NCBI RefSeq assembly: GCF_000181795.1
Contig: NW_003526943.1
Span: forward strand, 6,193,264 to 6,213,263
Source: Trichinella spiralis
Lineage: Eukaryota
Reading direction: 5' to 3'
Length of the DNA: 20,000 nt
Part shown: one piece after another, positions 19,644 through 20,000 of the stretch
Numbering within the stretch: position 1 is the stretch's first letter
How the letters are laid out: each line of letters opens with the position of its first letter
The notes under the pieces: generated by a model
Databases searched by the model: none
Told to the model about the DNA's origin: nothing
Seen by the model: the letters and a program-made list of their open reading frames with translations, nothing else
Translations under genes and position numbers: made by a program

Positions 19644-20000
19644 TAATTTGAAATGCAACATCAAACAGATCAGCTGCATCATAAGCGCTGCTTTTGATGC
19701 GGAATGTTTAAATATTTTGTTATCATTAAAATATATACATTGAAAGGTTGCAAATGTAAATGAAAACAGATGGCAATTTAAGTGTTCACCAACGCACTAG
19801 TCGGTTTCGCTCAGATGTTGAAATAAAAAGTTTACAATTTACACCAAATATATAAAACTAAATTTGTTTCTATGAACTTCACCACAAATAATGTATTTAA
19901 ATAAACAAATTTTCAATGAATGACAAAACTTCAAACAATAAAATTTTGGATATAAGTAAACATTTCCCATTTATTAAATGTTACGTCCCTACCTATAAAA

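Noticed and set aside
1..20000. Prokaryotic-type systems (CRISPR arrays, operons, defence islands), tRNA/rRNA genes, SL RNA, hammerhead ribozyme
   Set aside because: The sequence is intron-containing eukaryotic DNA. By eye I found no spaced direct repeats, cloverleaf, donor-plus-Sm-site SL RNA layout or complete hammerhead core.

Overview
AT-rich eukaryotic genomic DNA with many 49-65 nt GT-AG introns and TTTCAG-type acceptors. This is typical of a nematode; a clade I, Trichinella-like origin is my inference. Three genes are present. (1) The first coding exon of a METTL16/mett-10 m6A methyltransferase (- strand, 285->163) is missed by the ORF track and runs off the left edge. (2) A complete 13-exon ABCF2 gene (+, 1312-4469, 624 aa) lies head-to-head with METTL16. 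(3) The 3' ~3,129 codons of a giant Fat/FAT4-type protocadherin (-, 19258->4702, 13 exons) lie tail-to-tail with ABCF2, and its 5' part is cut by a 10-N gap. Non-coding candidates are a box C/D snoRNA in ABCF2 intron 6, a pre-miRNA-like hairpin antisense within the 3.2 kb cadherin intron, and a short TA-flanked TIR element near 19.5 kb. All homology calls come from recalled motifs, not database searches. I found no convincingly new multi-gene system; the best leads are the non-coding RNAs and the short-tailed Fat4.
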